Shown here piece by piece: positions 46,003 to 47,977 of a stretch of 47,977 bases of DNA. The DNA comes from an uncultured Methanosarcinales archaeon. Lineage in GTDB: Archaea; Nanobdellota; Nanobdellia; Woesearchaeales; JACPBV01. The notes under the pieces are model-generated. The model had not been told where the DNA came from. It worked only from the letters and a program-made list of their open reading frames with translations, and ran no database searches. The first letter of the stretch is position 1; each line of letters starts with the position of its first letter. The stretch lies in NCBI GenBank assembly GCA_964577685.1, contig CAZNZT010000001.1, positions 1 to 47,977 of the forward strand, read 5' to 3'. A program made the position numbers and the translations under genes.

Positions 46003-46950
46003 ATGGACAGAAAAAAAGAATTGGAAAGAGCATTCCAAAGAGGGCATTTGCTTAACCTTAAGAATAAGCAGTATAGGAACTGGATTAGAAAGTTTATTGT
46101 TGATGAAACAAAGGGGGACATAGGTATAAGGGGGGATATTACTTCCAACGCATTATTTAATGGTAATGATAAGGTAATAGAAGCTAAGGTTATATCCAGG
46201 AGTAAAGGGGTTGTAGCAGGAATTGAAGAAGTAACATTTCTTTATAGGAATAATGGAATCAAAGTAAAAAACATAAAGAAGGATGGGGAAAAGATTAATG
46301 TTGGTGATACAATTCTTATGTTAAAAGGAAGGGTAAAAGACTTGCTAAAAATTGAGAGGTCTGCTTCTGATTTGATGGAGAGGATGTCCGGGATAGCAAC
46401 GCTTACAGATAATTTGATAAAAAGAATAGGAAAAAGAGTAGATATTGCACCAACCAGAAAAACACAATGGAGATACCTAGACAAAAAAGCTGTTTTCGTT
46501 GGAGGTGGACTTACACATAGATTGGCACTTTGGGAATCAATATTAATAAAAGACAACCATCTCAGGGTTCTAAAGAAATATGTAAAGTTTCCGATTGAGG
46601 TTGCCATAGAGAAGGCTTGGAAAAATAGAGATAAAGCTATTTTCATTGAGATTGAGGTAAATAACAAAGAGGATGCCATAAGTGCTGCAAAAAAGTTTAA
46701 GAAACTGAAGGCTAAATCAAACAGAAAGCCTTGTTTTATTATGTTTGATAATATGAAACCAAGTGAAATAAAGCTTGCGATTGAAAAACTGAAAAGTTTA
46801 GATTTGTATGACTATGTCTTATTAGAGGCGTCTGGTGGAATAAATCCAGAAAATATAGTTGAATATGCTAGAACAGGAGTGGATGTTATCTCTTTGGGCT
46901 ATTTAACTCACTCATCAAGGGCTCTAAATATAAAACAAGAAATCATATAA
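46003..46950 (+). CDS. nadC: Nicotinate-nucleotide diphosphorylase (carboxylating)
   Basis: GDITS, MSGIAT, TRKT, HR, LIKDNH, IEIEV, MFDN, EASGGI. Confidence 0.94.
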   Translation: MDRKKELERAFQRGHLLNLKNKQYRNWIRKFIVDETKGDIGIRGDITSNALFNGNDKVIEAKVISRSKGVVAGIEEVTFLYRNNGIKVKNIKKDGEKINVGDTILMLKGRVKDLLKIERSASDLMERMSGIATLTDNLIKRIGKRVDIAPTRKTQWRYLDKKAVFVGGGLTHRLALWESILIKDNHLRVLKKYVKFPIEVAIEKAWKNRDKAIFIEIEVNNKEDAISAAKKFKKLKAKSNRKPCFIMFDNMKPSEIKLAIEKLKSLDLYDYVLLEASGGINPENIVEYARTGVDVISLGYLTHSSRALNIKQEII

Positions 46951-46960
46951 AAAATATCAA

Positions 46961-47977
46961 ATGATAAAAACAGATTTTTTAGTGATAGGTTCTGGAATTG
47001 CTGGATTAAGTTTTGCTTTGAAGGCAGCAAGGTATGGTGAAGTTCTGGTTATAACAAAAAATAGGATTAAGGAATCAAATACACTATATGCTCAAGGTGG
47101 TTTAGCTGCTGTTTTTGGCAAGGATGATTCGTTCAGATTACATATTAAGGATACTATATTAACTGGTGAGGGTTTGTGCAATAGTAAAGCTGTTTCTTTG
47201 CTTGTAAGAAATGCGCCAAGGGAAGTGTTGTGGCTTTATAATCTAGGGGTAAAGTTTGACAGGAATAAGGAATTTAGATTAAGTCGGGAGGCGGTTCACT
47301 CAAAACCTAGGATTGTACATGCGGGAGATATAACAGGAGAGAAAATTGAAAGTACGCTAGTCAAAAGAACAAATGAAAATAAAAAAATAAAAATTTTGGA
47401 ATATAATCAAGCAATTGAACTCATTACAAGGAAAGGGGTATGTTATGGTTCAAGGGTTTTAGACATAAAAAAAAGAGAGGTTATAGATATATTTGCAAAA
47501 GCAACTATACTGGCTACAGGAGGTTTAGGACAGGTATATAAAAACACATGCAACCCAAAAACAGCGACTGGTGATGGGTTTGCTTTGGCATATAACTCTG
47601 GTGCCTCTTTACAAGATATGGAGTTCATACAGTTTCATCCAACAGGACTATACAAGTCTAGACCTACATTTCTTATTTCAGAAACTCTCAGAGGGGAAGG
47701 AGGAATATTAAGGAATAAATATGGCAAGCCATTCATGAAACATTATCATAAAAAGGGGGACCTTGCTCCCAGGAATACTGTTTCAAGACTTAGTGTTATT
47801 GAAATGAAAAAAACAAATTTTGGGTGTGTTTTTTTAGATGTGAGCCATTTGGGTTCGGACTATTTGAAAAAAAGATTTCCTACTTTTTATGTGGAGTGCC
47901 TAAGGTATGGAATAGACATTACAAAAGAGCCAATTCCGGTAACACCTACCGCTCATTACTCTTGCGGTGGTGTAAGA
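46961..47977 (+). CDS. nadB: L-aspartate oxidase (partial, runs off window; absent from the ORF track)
   Basis: Read directly from ATG 46961: MIKTDFLVIGSGIAGL, SNTLYAQGG, ATGGLG, ATGDG, EFIQFHPT, SETLRGEG, DLAPR, PTAHYSCGGV. Confidence 0.92.
   Translation, partial: MIKTDFLVIGSGIAGLSFALKAARYGEVLVITKNRIKESNTLYAQGGLAAVFGKDDSFRLHIKDTILTGEGLCNSKAVSLLVRNAPREVLWLYNLGVKFDRNKEFRLSREAVHSKPRIVHAGDITGEKIESTLVKRTNENKKIKILEYNQAIELITRKGVCYGSRVLDIKKREVIDIFAKATILATGGLGQVYKNTCNPKTATGDGFALAYNSGASLQDMEFIQFHPTGLYKSRPTFLISETLRGEGGILRNKYGKPFMKHYHKKGDLAPRNTVSRLSVIEMKKTNFGCVFLDVSHLGSDYLKKRFPTFYVECLRYGIDITKEPIPVTPTAHYSCGGVR

Overview
AT-rich archaeal chromosomal segment, most likely from a DPANN archaeon of the Woesearchaeota/Nanobdellota type. 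This is inferred from the fused PriS-PriL primase, the trimmed ribosomal superoperon, Lys/Glu-tailed r-proteins and pervasive TATA-leaderless genes. The core is the minus-strand rpl3-to-rpl14e superoperon with secY and a DUF106/EMC3-like insertase (13.9-28.8 kb). The flanks carry Dph6 with a class I glutamine amidotransferase, a four-subunit POR-type oxidoreductase, a HerA-like ATPase, a SurA/parvulin-thioredoxin folding pair, DnaG, PriSL, HtpX, Hef, TraB with a degenerate M50, a PRC-barrel protein, an intron-containing tRNA-Gly(CCC), bacterial-type TGT, translin, Pcm, NurA and nadA/nadC/nadB (nadB is cut by the window end). The strongest unannotated signals are non-coding: (1) a complete K-turn H/ACA guide RNA at 12848-12927(-) whose pocket predicts pseudouridylation of the 23S rRNA helix-69 loop, (2) a 19-bp G-U-supported stem in the dnaG leader, and (3) a long, switch-like rpl3 operon leader that sequesters its SD-like sequence. 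Notable coding signals are the Dph6-GATase coupling, a GGSLG-type (possible queuine-salvage) TGT, an M50 pseudoprotease and three Lys-poor/Arg-rich orphan genes. No CRISPR array, rRNA or mobile element was seen. All calls come from motif recognition by eye; no searches were run.
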